NCBI GenBank assembly: GCA_040954595.2
Contig: CM082579.2
Location: 11,843,834 to 11,907,833 of the forward strand
Reading direction: 5' to 3'
DNA: 64,000 bases
Source of the DNA: Balanoglossus misakiensis
Lineage: Eukaryota; Animalia; Hemichordata
Below the pieces are notes generated by a model. It ran no database searches. It was given only the letters and a program-made list of their open reading frames with translations, and was not told where the DNA came from. This document shows positions 1-11,382 of the stretch, piece by piece. Position 1 is the stretch's first letter; the number at the start of each line of letters is the position of its first letter. A program made the translations under genes and the position numbers.

Positions 1-1607
1 AATAGGTTTTTTAGAATACTTAATATCTTCTATGAAATCAAGTAAGGATTTCTGTGACAAACAAACAGACGATTTATCAGACAATTCACTCATGGTTGAC
101 AAATCAGATAACTAAGAACTGCGTGAAACAGTATCATCGTCGTCCATGGTCTCACTATCATTTGATAAAACACCAAAAGCATTATGAACTGGAATACCTG
201 AAGGAGGGGGAAAAGAAGATGGCTGAGAACAAACCAGGCTTTCTTGGCTGCTGCCTGTTTTATGTAATACAATAGCTGCTGCGTTAGAACAACATGGGGA
301 CTCCTCAGGAATGGAATGTATTTCCGAGGAGGGAACACTGTCAACAGAGGAAACATTCTGAACATCATGAGTTGAAGGAGGGGGTCCGTACCCTCTCCTC
401 ATCAGAAACACCAATAATGTCACTCACATTAGACGTTAATGGAGACTGTTCTTGATTTTCTTCCATTTCACACCGTTTCTTCTCTGAATGCGACTCTGTC
501 AAGTCGTCAGCAGGGCTCGGCGATCTGTCACGCTTGTTCATCCGTGGTGACGATGTCTCATCCTGTATTTGTTCAAAATCCATTGCATCTGGCGTATCAT
601 GATCGATGACACTGAAAGACTGTAATTCCGTATTTGTAGCATCAGGTTGGCTGGGTTGTGTATTTCCTTTAACATATTGACTGGAATGTACCGGTAAAGA
701 ATCGCTGGTGTTTTCAATTGAAGTGGTATTTTTCTCAGTATTTTGTTCCTGTTGGTGATCCGTATGTGTATTAACGTCCTCAATGTTGAGTCCTGTGGTC
801 TCCTTTTCGCTGACAAGAACAGGGCAGTCTTTCCGGAAATGTCCGACCTCTTTACAGTGGAAGCACTTAACGTTCTCCGTTGACACGTACACAGGATAAA
901 AATGTCCGTCACAAAGAATATTCAAAACGCCATCAATATCGGTTTGTTGTTTAAGCACCACAAACACCTGTCGTCGGAATGACTTGACATGTCTGAGTTC
1001 GGCCTTTTTGCAACCCAGCGGAATATACCGGAAACTCTGCGTAATAACCTTTCCATATAACTCCAAACGTTCAGCAAGCAAATCGTTGGGTATAAATGGT
1101 GGCACATTCGAAAGGATTACCTTTGTCGCTGGTTTCACCATCGGTTGGGGCTGTATAAAATCTTCGCCAATCGTTAGTCCTGAGGCGCAAACCATTTCAA
1201 CCGATTGCATATTTTTCAAAAACACGACCACAGATCTATTCATTCTGGAGGCAGCCTAACCTCAACCAATTCCGCAATCTTCTCCACATATGCATCCACA
1301 CTTATCCCCTCAAGACTCTCAATCTTCAACGCGTTTTTCATACACAGCCTTGTCAGGGTAACGTCGTTGCCGTACTGAGCCCAAGCCCGTCCGGCCGCCA
1401 TATTGGCAGGTCTGATTGGTGACAAGCACCAAATCAGGTATCTGCCGCAATCACAGCAATCCTCGTCGAAAAGGTCCCAAAAAGCACACACGGAGAAACA
1501 GTAGACAATCACAGTCCAGAAAATGTCAAACTTTCCTGGAACACCGTCCACAGTGGAGAAAAAAATACCACAATTCAGGAGCTCTCCTTCTTACAGTCAA
1601 CCAATAT
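1..1607 (-). mobile_element. 5' part of a Tx1/L1-clade non-LTR retrotransposon (5'UTR plus frameshifted ORF1), running off the left edge of the window
   Basis: ORF 365..1243 has Tx1-type ORF1 motifs (KVILSNVPPFIPNDLL, HVKSFRRQVF, zinc knuckle CFHCKEVGHFRKDC). The N-terminus MAAGRAW.. starts at ATG 1401 in another frame and the C-terminal part continues in 112..423, so there are at least two frameshifts. Confidence 0.85.
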
Positions 1608-1608
1608 G

Positions 1609-1644
1609 GAAGAAGAAGAAGAAGAAGAAGAAGAAGAAGAAGAA
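1609..1644 (+). repeat. (GAA)12 microsatellite
   Basis: Read directly; abuts the 5' end of the Tx1-like element. Confidence 0.95.
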
Positions 1645-1687
1645 AGAAGACGGAAATGGATCTTCTTGTTGGTTATTCTGATGTCAG

Positions 1688-1813
1688 CCGGCCTAATCGC
1701 CGCAACTGCTCTTTTTTCAACTGCCGCTTTCTTATCGGTAAATTCTGGAACTAAATCTACAAATATCGACACGGAAGAAACACCTGTCAATCTTCCATGC
1801 AACGTCGATGCAG
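1688..1813 (+). CDS. Internal exon (phase 1-1, 126 nt) of a putative repeat/EGF/C-type lectin gene
   Basis: tgtcag|CCGG...GATGCAG|gtatgt; open frame AGLIAATALFSTAAFLSVNSGTKSTNIDTEETPVNLPCNVDA; resembles the next exon. Confidence 0.55.
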
Positions 1814-2176
1814 GTATGTGTACTGTTAATTTATCCCTGCTTTCCTATGATAATATTCGACTAAGTAAAGATTGTTGTTTGGGTGGGAATAGGTCCATTT
1901 TGTGTGTTTCTTCAACACTATCTTGTGGGAATGCATGCATGTAGAAGGAGAGTTATTAAGTGTTGGTTTGTACATGTTGTTGATTTTAATTTGTGGAAAC
2001 TCCTCACAATGAGTGGTAGTGGATGGATGGATGGATGGATGGCCTATTTTGCTGTAGAGAGGCTTTATCATAGGGGTGAATTAATGGTGAGTGGTTGAAT
2101 GGATAGATGAATGGCGAGATGGATGCATGCATGCATGCATGCATGATAACTATAAATACATTTCTTCTGACACCAG

Positions 2177-2305
2177 CCGGTGCGGTGGCCAATCTTGCCG
2201 TCATCGCAACCTCCACTTCTATTATAGTGAACGACACTTGTACCGAACTTCCAAATACCGAAACAGGGGGAATGTCTGACAACCCGGAAGATGACGTCAC
2301 TGCAG
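2177..2305 (+). CDS. Internal exon (phase 1-1, 129 nt), paralogous to 1688-1813
   Basis: caccag|CCGG...ACTGCAG|gtatgg; open frame AGAVANLAVIATSTSIIVNDTCTELPNTETGGMSDNPEDDVTA. Confidence 0.55.
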
Positions 2306-5300
2306 GTATGGATGCTGTCAGTTCCTGTGTGTTGCATGCAGGCGATGTCTTATTAGTCCTTAGTCCTGATCAAAATTCTTCCATGTCATCAACTCTCGTC
2401 TTGCCCTTGCACACAAAAATCCTATTCCAATGCTAACATCACCCAGAATTCCCGTGACACGCTTCCAATCGTACAACACAATCCTCAGATTCCTCTGTCC
2501 TACTTCAGTATGACAATAATACCCGCGAGTTTCGAGTCTTTTGGCGACCCGCCCTAATCCGAATACACTACAGACTGAATGTCCTGCACATGGCGCGCTT
2601 GCCTGGGGCGCTCAGTGGCTTGCTGCGCGCGCCAGGGGGCTCGGTCCCTCCGGGCCCAGCAGGCCCATGGGCCCGCAGGGCTTGCTAATTAAATGTGTTT
2701 GGTGGGCCCGCATTCGGGCCCACCGGGCCCACCGGGCCCAGCTAGCCCATGGGCCCGCTGCGCTTGCTGTGTTTGGCGGGCCCGAATGAACACATGAGAA
2801 GTCTGTCAGTCTTAGAATGAGAAGAAGGCATGTTTGAGAATTCTGGAGTTAAGAATTGGGCTAGCATGTCACCCGTCGGAATAAATTAGACGTTTCATGT
2901 GTGTCTGCACATGGACGTAAAAAGAGATAGTCTGCATGTGTCCGAGATGTAATCAATGTGTCATGGTTTACCACGACAAATTCTAGCTCAGTCTTCTTGA
3001 TCGGGCCTAGATTGATCATTGCAACCTAATCATCAAAGTTAGCAAACAAGTAAGATCGTTCGCGTTTGCCTGGGGTTCTACCTCCATTACTCGATCGGAC
3101 TGTGACTCGATCTCTCTTCGTGATGTGATGTCGTCGATCGACGCCATGTTTGTTTTAATACATGATTGTACAATCGCGCGTAGCTATGGTCTAACGCAGG
3201 GACTCTCTACCTGTTTCATCGCCTGATAAATTAGATGGATATTCTCAAAACAATAGAATGAATATTGTGTTCTGATTGCATTCTTCGTGTATCAAACTTT
3301 TGTTTTATTGATTTCCTTTTGTTGTCAGCCACATGCGAGTAGCCTTGCCAATAAACAGTCGTGTTTACTCGGTAAACAAGTGGAATCACAGACTTGCCTC
3401 AAAAACAAGAGTAGCAGGTGTAGTTCCTTTCCGTTCCACCTCCATGTAACAACATACAATCCGCATCAAACAAGTACTCCTGAATAACTATGAAATGTCT
3501 AGCTTGTGCTCATTCTGTCAAACTATTGCATAGACTCCAGCCATATTCAATGCCAGTTTAAGTAGATCTTAAACTCACCGTCAGTGAGTTAGATACAGGT
3601 GCACACATACATGTATGACACTATTGTGAAGTAACATTTCTTTTTATTTTAGAACATGTGAAAAATAATAGGGACAAGTCACATCAGAGTAGAATAAAAA
3701 TGTCCTCAAGTACAAATAAACAGCAAAACGGGAAAATGCATCGATGTCGGAACTACTAAAGTCGAGAATCAGCTCTGAACTTATTCAGTAATCTAGTGCT
3801 TGGGGCGGAAACTTTAATGCAGAACACACTCTCTCGATATGCAAATATAACTTATTGAAACTCGTTGCCACACAAACAAATGAACAGAAACCATCGACAC
3901 GGCACAGTCTATATATACATGTACACTGAGAAGCCATAGAGACGTGCATGTTCAAATAGACCTTCTGAATAATGATCCATCGAGCAACAACAACAAAAAG
4001 GAAAGGATCCTTTGTACTTTAAATACGACCGAACTTTGCGAGGATTATCGGTTTGTCAATACGGTAACAGGTCGTTTCGGCCCAAAAGATTTTCGATCCC
4101 AATCGTTTCGGCCCCCAATTTTCACGACCCCGGTCTGTTCGGCCCCGACACCCCAGTCGTTTCGGTACTTATCGGTAATGGCCCAACTAAACTTGGCTCT
4201 AGGCCCCCCTGACTCATTGTTGCCTAGTTCAGTAAAGGGGCGATGTCAGTGGGACTGGCAGTGAGGGGAGACGGTGCATGTTCTCGTTTGTGGTACCGTG
4301 TGTTTTGAAATACAGGAGTCGACAAATGTGACGTGTAATAATTTGTACACAATTTTCTTTACCCCCAATACAAAAATGCCTTTCAGCACAGAAAAAAAAA
4401 CAAAGCAACGCCATTATCGTTAACACCTAATTGTTTCTCCCAATTTGAAGTGGTCTCTTTCGAAGATAAAGGATCCGTCATGAGAGTTACTCATTGTACA
4501 AACTGACCACCTGTCAGACATTGTGGATTTTCCTTACATTTCTGCTTTCTATCCGAGTTACTACCTGTCAGACATTGTGGATTTTCTGCTTTCTATCCGA
4601 GTGCAGAGCGGGAAAACCCGCTGAGGCTATACCACTGTCAGAAGAAACAGCGAGGGCTTCGAACGTACTTTTATTTTTCACACTTAAATCACTGCTCGTA
4701 AATTAATGCATCAAAAGTAAAAGTTTCCTTTTTCCTTTTAAATTTAAAAGTATATATGGCCTATGTCACGATCAAAATTGCGATTGTGTTTATAACTAGC
4801 ATAGCTGCAATAATTAGAGTGATGGGTAGCTATTTTCGCTTGGTTGAATCACGGTCACTCCACAAGGGTCGCGGACGTAGTCAGATTGATGGACGAAAAA
4901 GTCAGAACAATCAAGACCGAGAGTATACTGCGAGCAGTCATACGCATTGATACTCATATGAAATCAACAATGAAGAATAATCTGCATAACAGGAAAAAGA
5001 AAGCCTACTGATGACCTGCCTGCACATTAGTAAATCACAGGTGTGAATGTGGTGGGCCCCGGGAGGTAGCCTTTGGTCAGTAGGATCGTACCGGCTACCC
5101 CATAAATGTATTTTTCACTAATTTGTGCGATCAAGTTTTTCTCCTCAACATGATCTCCAAAACTATAGAGTCTATTGCAGATTCAAAATCATATCCAGGG
5201 AATCCACAGATCGCGATTCGGGTTTTCTTGTGTTTATATTTAGCTGGAATAATTGTAACGGCACCGTGTCGCTGTTTTTGGTGTAGATGCCCGCACACTC

Positions 5301-5881
5301 ACATGCAATGGACCGCAGTTACGCCGGCGGTCGTGATGTAAATTTAGGAAATAGTGATACACTGCATCTATTAAAGCTTATCTTTGTTTCAGAGTAAAAA
5401 TCTACCCTCTTTCTCTGTACCGTGTATATCCCAGCGTCCACGGGTGTTACATGTTTATGCTCGGCCAGCCACGTTCTTCAGGTTGTTATCACCTTTTTGT
5501 TCGTCAGTACTTCAAAATAAAAAATGTGTGAACTCAATGAACAAAAACTTCTGAAGTCAGTACATTTTTGTCTGTGATTTGTTTTAAAAATACAATTTGA
5601 TGCGCCGGTCACTTGGATCCTAGGGTCATAGTTCTGAGTGTCAGGCTCATGAAAACAAGAACAATCTATGACTCAAATATTAGATACATACTAGTATTGT
5701 AATTTGCGTCTTACAAAGCACAATAATGTGACTTCATCCATTTCCCAAACAGAGAAACTAAGACAAATCAGTCAGAGTATCGACCACACTGTTGTCTGTG
5801 ATCGACAACACGTATACGCGCGTCCGTTCACCGGGACAATAATGTGTGTAACGATCGTTCAATTCATTCGATCAGAGGACA

Positions 5882-8166
5882 GCGCGACATTGCACATTTA
5901 TACGATATCGGATATTTATCGTCTAGTATCGTCTAAAACATTAAACTAGACTGTACTTTAACAACAACTTTGCCTGCTTCCCGACTATGTCGGACCTCAA
6001 AAATATCCGATAGTATCGATACTATCGATACTAGAGTCTAGTATCGTCTAAAACGTTAAACTAGACTGTACTTTAACAACAACTTTGCCTGCTTCCCGAC
6101 TATGTCGGACCTAAAAAATATCCGATAGTATCGATACTATCGATACTAGAGTCTAGTATCGTCTAAAAACGTTAAACTAGACTGTACTTTAACAATAACT
6201 TTGCCTGCTTCCTGACTATGTCGGACCTCAAAAATATCCGATAGTATCGATACTATCGATACTAGAGTCTAGTATCGTCTAAAACGTTAAACTAGACTTT
6301 ACTTTAACAACAACTTTGCCTGTTTCCCGACTATGTCGGACCTCAAAAATATCTGATAGTATCGATACTATCGATACTAGAGTCTAGTATCGTCTAAAAC
6401 GTTAAAGTAGACTGTACTTTACCAACAACTTTGCCTGCTTCCCGACTATGTCGGACCTCAAAAATATCCGATAGTATCGATACTATCGATACTAGAGTCT
6501 AGTATCGTCTAAAACGTTAAAGTAGACTGTACTTTAACAACAACTTTGCCTGCTTCCCGACTATGTCGGACCTCAAAAATATCCGATAGTATCGATACTA
6601 TCGATACTAGAGTCTAGTATCGTCTAAAACGTTAAAGTAGACTGTACTTTACCAACAACTTTGCCTGCTTCCCGACTATGTCGGACCTCAAAAATATCCG
6701 ATAGTATCGATACTATCGATACTAGAGTCTAGTATCGTCTAAAACGTTAAAGTAGACTGTACTTTAACAACAACTTTGCCTGCTTCCCGACTATGTCGGA
6801 CCTCAAAAATATCCGATAGTATCGATACTAGAGTCTAGTATCGTCTAAAACGTTAAACTAGACTGTACTTTAACAACAACTTTGCCTGCTTCCCGACTAT
6901 GTCGGACCTCAAAAATATCCGATAGTATCGATACTATCGATACTAGAGTCTAGTATCGTCTAAAACGTTAAAGTAGACTGTACTTTAACAACAACTTTGC
7001 CTGCTTCCCGACTATGTCGGACCTCAAAAATATCCGATAGTATCGATACTATCGATACTAGAGTCTAGTATCGTCTAAAACGTTAAAGTAGACTGTACTT
7101 TACCAACAACTTTGCCTGCTTCCCGACTATGTCGGACCTCAAAAATATCCGATAGTATCGATACTATCGATACTAGAGTCTAGTATCGTCTAAAACGTTA
7201 AAGTAGACTGTACTTTAACAACAACTTTGCCTGCTTCCCGACTATGTCGGACCTCAAAAATATCCGATAGTATCGATACTATCGATACTAGAGTCTAGTA
7301 TCGTCTAAAACGTTAAAGTAGACTGTACTTTAACAACAACTTTGCCTGCTTCCCGACTATGTCGGACCTCAAAAATATCCGATAGTATCGATACTAGAGT
7401 CTAGTATCGTCTAAAACGTTAAACTAGACTGTACTTTAACAACAACTTTGCCTGCTTCCCGACTATGTCGGACCTCAAAAATATCCGATAGTATCGATAC
7501 TATCGATACTAGAGTCTAGTATCGTCTAAAACGTTAAACTAGACTTTACTTTAACAACAACTTTGCCACATGTGTCCACTGATGGTTTACATGTAATGGG
7601 CGACAAGGGTGTCTAGTCAAAGAAATTAGACGATACTAGACTCTAGTATCGATAGTATCGGATATTTTTCTTGGTGAGCATACGACATTTGTCCAATGAT
7701 GGTTTACATGTAATGGGCGACAAGGGTGTCTAGTCAAAAAAAATAGACGATACTGTGCTTTAACAACAACTTTGCCTGCTTCCCGACTATGTCGGACCTC
7801 AAAAATATCCGATAGTATCGATACTATCGATACTAGAGTCTAGTATCGTCTAAAACGTTAAACTAGACTGTACTTTAACAACAGCTTTGCCTGCTTCCCG
7901 ACTATGTCGGACCTCAAAAGTATCCGGTAGTATCGATACTAGAGTCTAGTATCGTCTAAAACGTTAAAGTAGACTGTACTTAAACAACAACTTTCAAATT
8001 AGACGATACTAGACGATATTTTTCTTGGTGAACATGCCATGGTCGGCACAGGTCCAGTGAAATAAATTAGACGATACTCGACGATACTGGAGGATATAAG
8101 CGATATTTTCTAGTGTCGATACTAGACGATAAATATCCGATATCGTATAAATGTGCAATGTCGCGC
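5882..8166. mobile_element. TIR-bounded element filled with a ~115-bp tandem satellite (~16 copies)
   Basis: ~49-bp inverted termini GCGCGACATTGCACATTTATACGATATCGGATATTTATCGTCTAGTATCG; 115-bp period measured between 6006 and 6121; array ~5925-7565 and ~7755-7995 with an inverted or variant block at ~7570-7750. Confidence 0.85.
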
Positions 8167-8360
8167 CTTCATGTTCGATCAGGCACTATGAACATGCCCC
8201 CGCCGATTCCACCAGCGCCCACCTTGCCACCAACACCACTCCCACCACGCCCAGCCGCTGATATTACACCACCGTTCCAAACGACACTACAGCCGGCAGT
8301 ACAGCCGATTCTCACGTCTCCGCAGACAACGGGGATGATTGAGACTACTCCGCCTCCACT

Positions 8361-8590
8361 ATGGTTCCCTCCTATCACCGGGATGTTCTCATACCAGAAT
8401 CATATATAGACCGGTGTAAGGTCGTAAGTTGCTCTATAGGCAACTTTGCCAAGAACCTTGTGTTTATGGTTTATTCGCCGAGTGAACGCGCCGGACGTAA
8501 TTGCACAGGGCGTGTGTTTGGGGGTACCAAACAGAAATTGAAGTCCCAGAAGGCTTAAGAAAGTTGAAGGAGCAACTTTCCGAAAATATT
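8361..8590 (+). pseudogene. BEN-domain-like coding fragment preceded by a Pro/Thr-rich stretch (8189-8409), inside the CACTA element
   Basis: SCSIGNFAKNLVFMVYSPSERAGRNCTGRVFGGTKQKL resembles the BEN pattern (S-x-GNFA-x-NL...F/YS-x-x-ER...N-x-x-G...K-x-x-L); frameshifted and cut off by the hairpin element at ~8594. Confidence 0.6.
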
Positions 8591-8593
8591 TTA

Positions 8594-8755
8594 GAAATAA
8601 TGGACGACGCCCTGACCATTAACGTTTGTTTATGGGCAAGGGCGAGGGGAAAGCCAAAAATTCATGGGCTCGGAAGCCTCGCCCATGAATTTTGGCTTTC
8701 CTCGAGCCCGCGCCCATAAACAAACGTTTATGGTCAGGGCGGAGTCGGTTATTTC
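8594..8755. repeat. Long imperfect hairpin, probable end of a palindromic non-autonomous element
   Basis: GCCCTGACCATTAACGTTTGTTTATGGGC..AAAGCCAAAAATTCATGGGC pairs with GCCCATGAATTTTGGCTTT..GCCCATAAACAAACGTTTATGGTCAGGGC. Confidence 0.8.
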
Positions 8756-9060
8756 CATTATATTACCAACAAAATCAAGAAAACCGTCAAAATTTACGAA
8801 AATGTCCCACTAGGGGCCCCGGAACTTGTGTTACGCAAAATTTTGTATTCACTTAACTGTTTGCTAATATTACTATTCAGATTTACGGGGATGTAAACAA
8901 ACCATTACTGAGTATTTGTGGTCAGTGACGTCGTTCATCTCGACCAATTAAAATGCGACGCACAGGCCATGGTAATCCCACGATTTCCCGCGATCCGCCG
9001 AGCGCGACGTGTGGTCAAAACAGTGCATCAAGGCAATCGATAAAGCTCTCCGCCGTTGAT

Positions 9061-9092
<32 letters not shown>

Positions 9093-10593
9093 GGGGGGGG
9101 GCTTTATCAGCATGTTTGTCGGATTGTCATTCTCTCGTTCAGAAAGGAAATGTTCCCTTGCATTTGTACAACTAATGTAGTGTAATTGTGTTTTAAATGC
9201 TTAATAAAGAAAACTAACACTGACAACGGACACATTTTGTTCGTAGTGAATTAAACGCCCCTCCCTGAATGCCTAGTCTGAAATAAAACTTATGTTGAGA
9301 AGGAGAGTTGTACATTGATTAACGTTTTCAACGGTGTAGTACCGGTGTAGCAACGATCCAGATACGACTCCGACGGAGGATGCTTTTCGCCTGTGCTGCG
9401 CCGGTGTTAATTTTCGACAGCGATGACGGGTGGTTCAGATCCAGACCGAAGCAAATATACAGTGAGAACGTGACTTTTGATTATGTTTACCTATAGGTAA
9501 CCTATTGTCTTGGGTCAGTTTCCATTGTTGAGTCAATAACACTGGACGCGAGTGGTTTTCTAGCCACTCGCAGTTAGCCGGGTCTGCCACCAACTTTAGG
9601 TGCTTTCGATCGCCGAAAAGACGAGGCGTTTTCGATTTGTGGATTAACATCCAGTACTTCTAAACGATATCAAAACGGTCATGAAGAAGACGACAAAGTC
9701 GTCCAGAACGCATATCCAGGTATAGAAACTGAGATATGTTGCAATTACATGTCCTCGACGTCCTCAATTTTTGTTAGTTGCCGTGTTCCTAAACATTGCC
9801 ATTTAGACGGCGTTGATCTCAAAACAATGTCCGTTTAGTGTGTGGACGCACACAGATTCTGAGGGCTAATCCCCTGTTAGCAAGAAACAGGAAGTGCTAC
9901 GATATTCGTCATTTTTAAGTTGCTGCAATTGATCTGTAGTTTGTACGTGTATGCTTTACATGTATGCATCTGTGGTAACATAAAACACAGGTTACAAATG
10001 AACATAAATGACTACATGTACATAGTGTTTTGAACCACTAGCATTCTTTATCTGAATTGGAGGTTGCGCAACTAGACTAGAAAAACCAGAAATGCCATGG
10101 GATTAATCATAGACCCTATGGATCAATCAAACGTGTTTGGGGTTCAAACCGACCGGCTTCCTTGCTGGTAAGCAACCGGTGCGCCAGTAGACTAGCCCAC
10201 TAGTCGCTTGGTGATTTTTAAATCTAAATAGTTAAGGTGTTTTCGATGTTTTTTTGTCTTAATAAATAATTTCAATACTTTTTGCGTGCATGCTTGCTTT
10301 CGAATTTGGGACTGAGCTTGTGGTTTCGGGTAGCGTGGGTCTACGCGTTCCCTACACATAATGAAACCCATAGACAAGGAGCAGGCCTAGCGCGCCAGGT
10401 AAACAAGCGCGCTTCCTGTGACCCGGCTGGCCATGCAAGCCAGGTAGCTCATGAATATTCAGGATTCAAGCCTGGCGCGCTCAGCAAGCACGCTCACCGG
10501 GCCTGGCGAGCAGGGCGAGCCACGTGGCTTGCTGCGTTCAGGAGCAGGCGCGCCAGGTAGAACAGGACATTCAGTCTGTAGTGTAGCTCTTAA

Positions 10594-11312
10594 GGTGGCA
10601 TTGCATGAAAAGTTGTGATTTTTGCCAAATTTTACTTTTTTACATAAATCGGTAGGCCTAATACTGACCCACAACCTGACTAATACGTCTTGGCGGAAAT
10701 GGTGCATAATCACCCCAAAATAGCACTTTTCTGAATGAGTTCACAGCTTAACAAATAGGTGTCAACAATGCAAATAGCCGTTTTTCTCAGTTTGCATTTT
10801 CGCTGCTCTTGACAACTTCGCACTAAAATAGCTTCGCCCTGCGTTGGCCGAATTTGCTCAAATTTTGACAGGGAATTGTGTATGACCCATCCAACAAAAC
10901 GCTAGTTTTGTTTGTCGATAAAGTGTCCCTGGCGGGTATAAACTCTGATTCAATACAACTCACCGTGAATTTGATCAAATTTTCTGAAAATCGAACTTTT
11001 AAAAGCTGTTACTCCTCAATGGAAGCAGATAACGCGTTTTTTTGCACGTGTACTCTAGTTTTGAGTGACATATTAAGATGCATGATGCATGGTCAACTTT
11101 TTTACCTATTTTAAATTTCATGACATAATATCAAAAAATTGTTTTTTTCACCCAAAATCGCCACCATTTCCGGGGATCAATAATATTTGCAACTCAAACA
11201 AAAGTTCAAAATCTCAGCTTCCAGAATATATATGGTTTATGGGGGTTTTAACTTTTTCTTTGATGAGAAATAGGCCTCTGAAAAAGTCTCGACGGTTTCA
11301 TGCAGTGCCACC
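10594..11312. mobile_element. MITE with TTAA target duplication (Kolobok-like)
   Basis: TTAA|GGTGGCATTGCATGAAA ... TTTCATGCAGTGCCACC|TTAA; GG termini. Confidence 0.8.
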
Positions 11313-11382
11313 TTAAACGTCATCGATACCACGTATGTTTTGTTAAGGCCCTATATACCTGTAAGGGTAGACATGAACAGTA

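Larger units (their letters stand above)
2566..10583. mobile_element. Non-autonomous CACTA/EnSpm (CMC)-type DNA transposon, ~8.0 kb, with nested inserts
   Basis: Perfect 21-bp TIRs CACTACAGACTGAATGTCCTG (2566-2586 and 10563-10583), TA on both sides, and GC-rich subterminal repeats (GGGCCC, GCGCGCCAGG) at both ends. No transposase seen. Confidence 0.85.

Noticed and set aside
1606-1687. Poly-Glu plus hydrophobic N-terminus as a membrane protein start
   Set aside because: Derives from the (GAA)n tract; an acceptor at 1687 that mirrors the next exon fits better.
4062-4170. GTTTCGGCCC repeats resembling a DNA-transposon terminus
   Set aside because: No matching opposite end found in the window.
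5925-7995. CRISPR-like regular palindromic repeats
   Set aside because: Units are contiguous and near-identical with no unique spacers; no cas genes; eukaryotic context.
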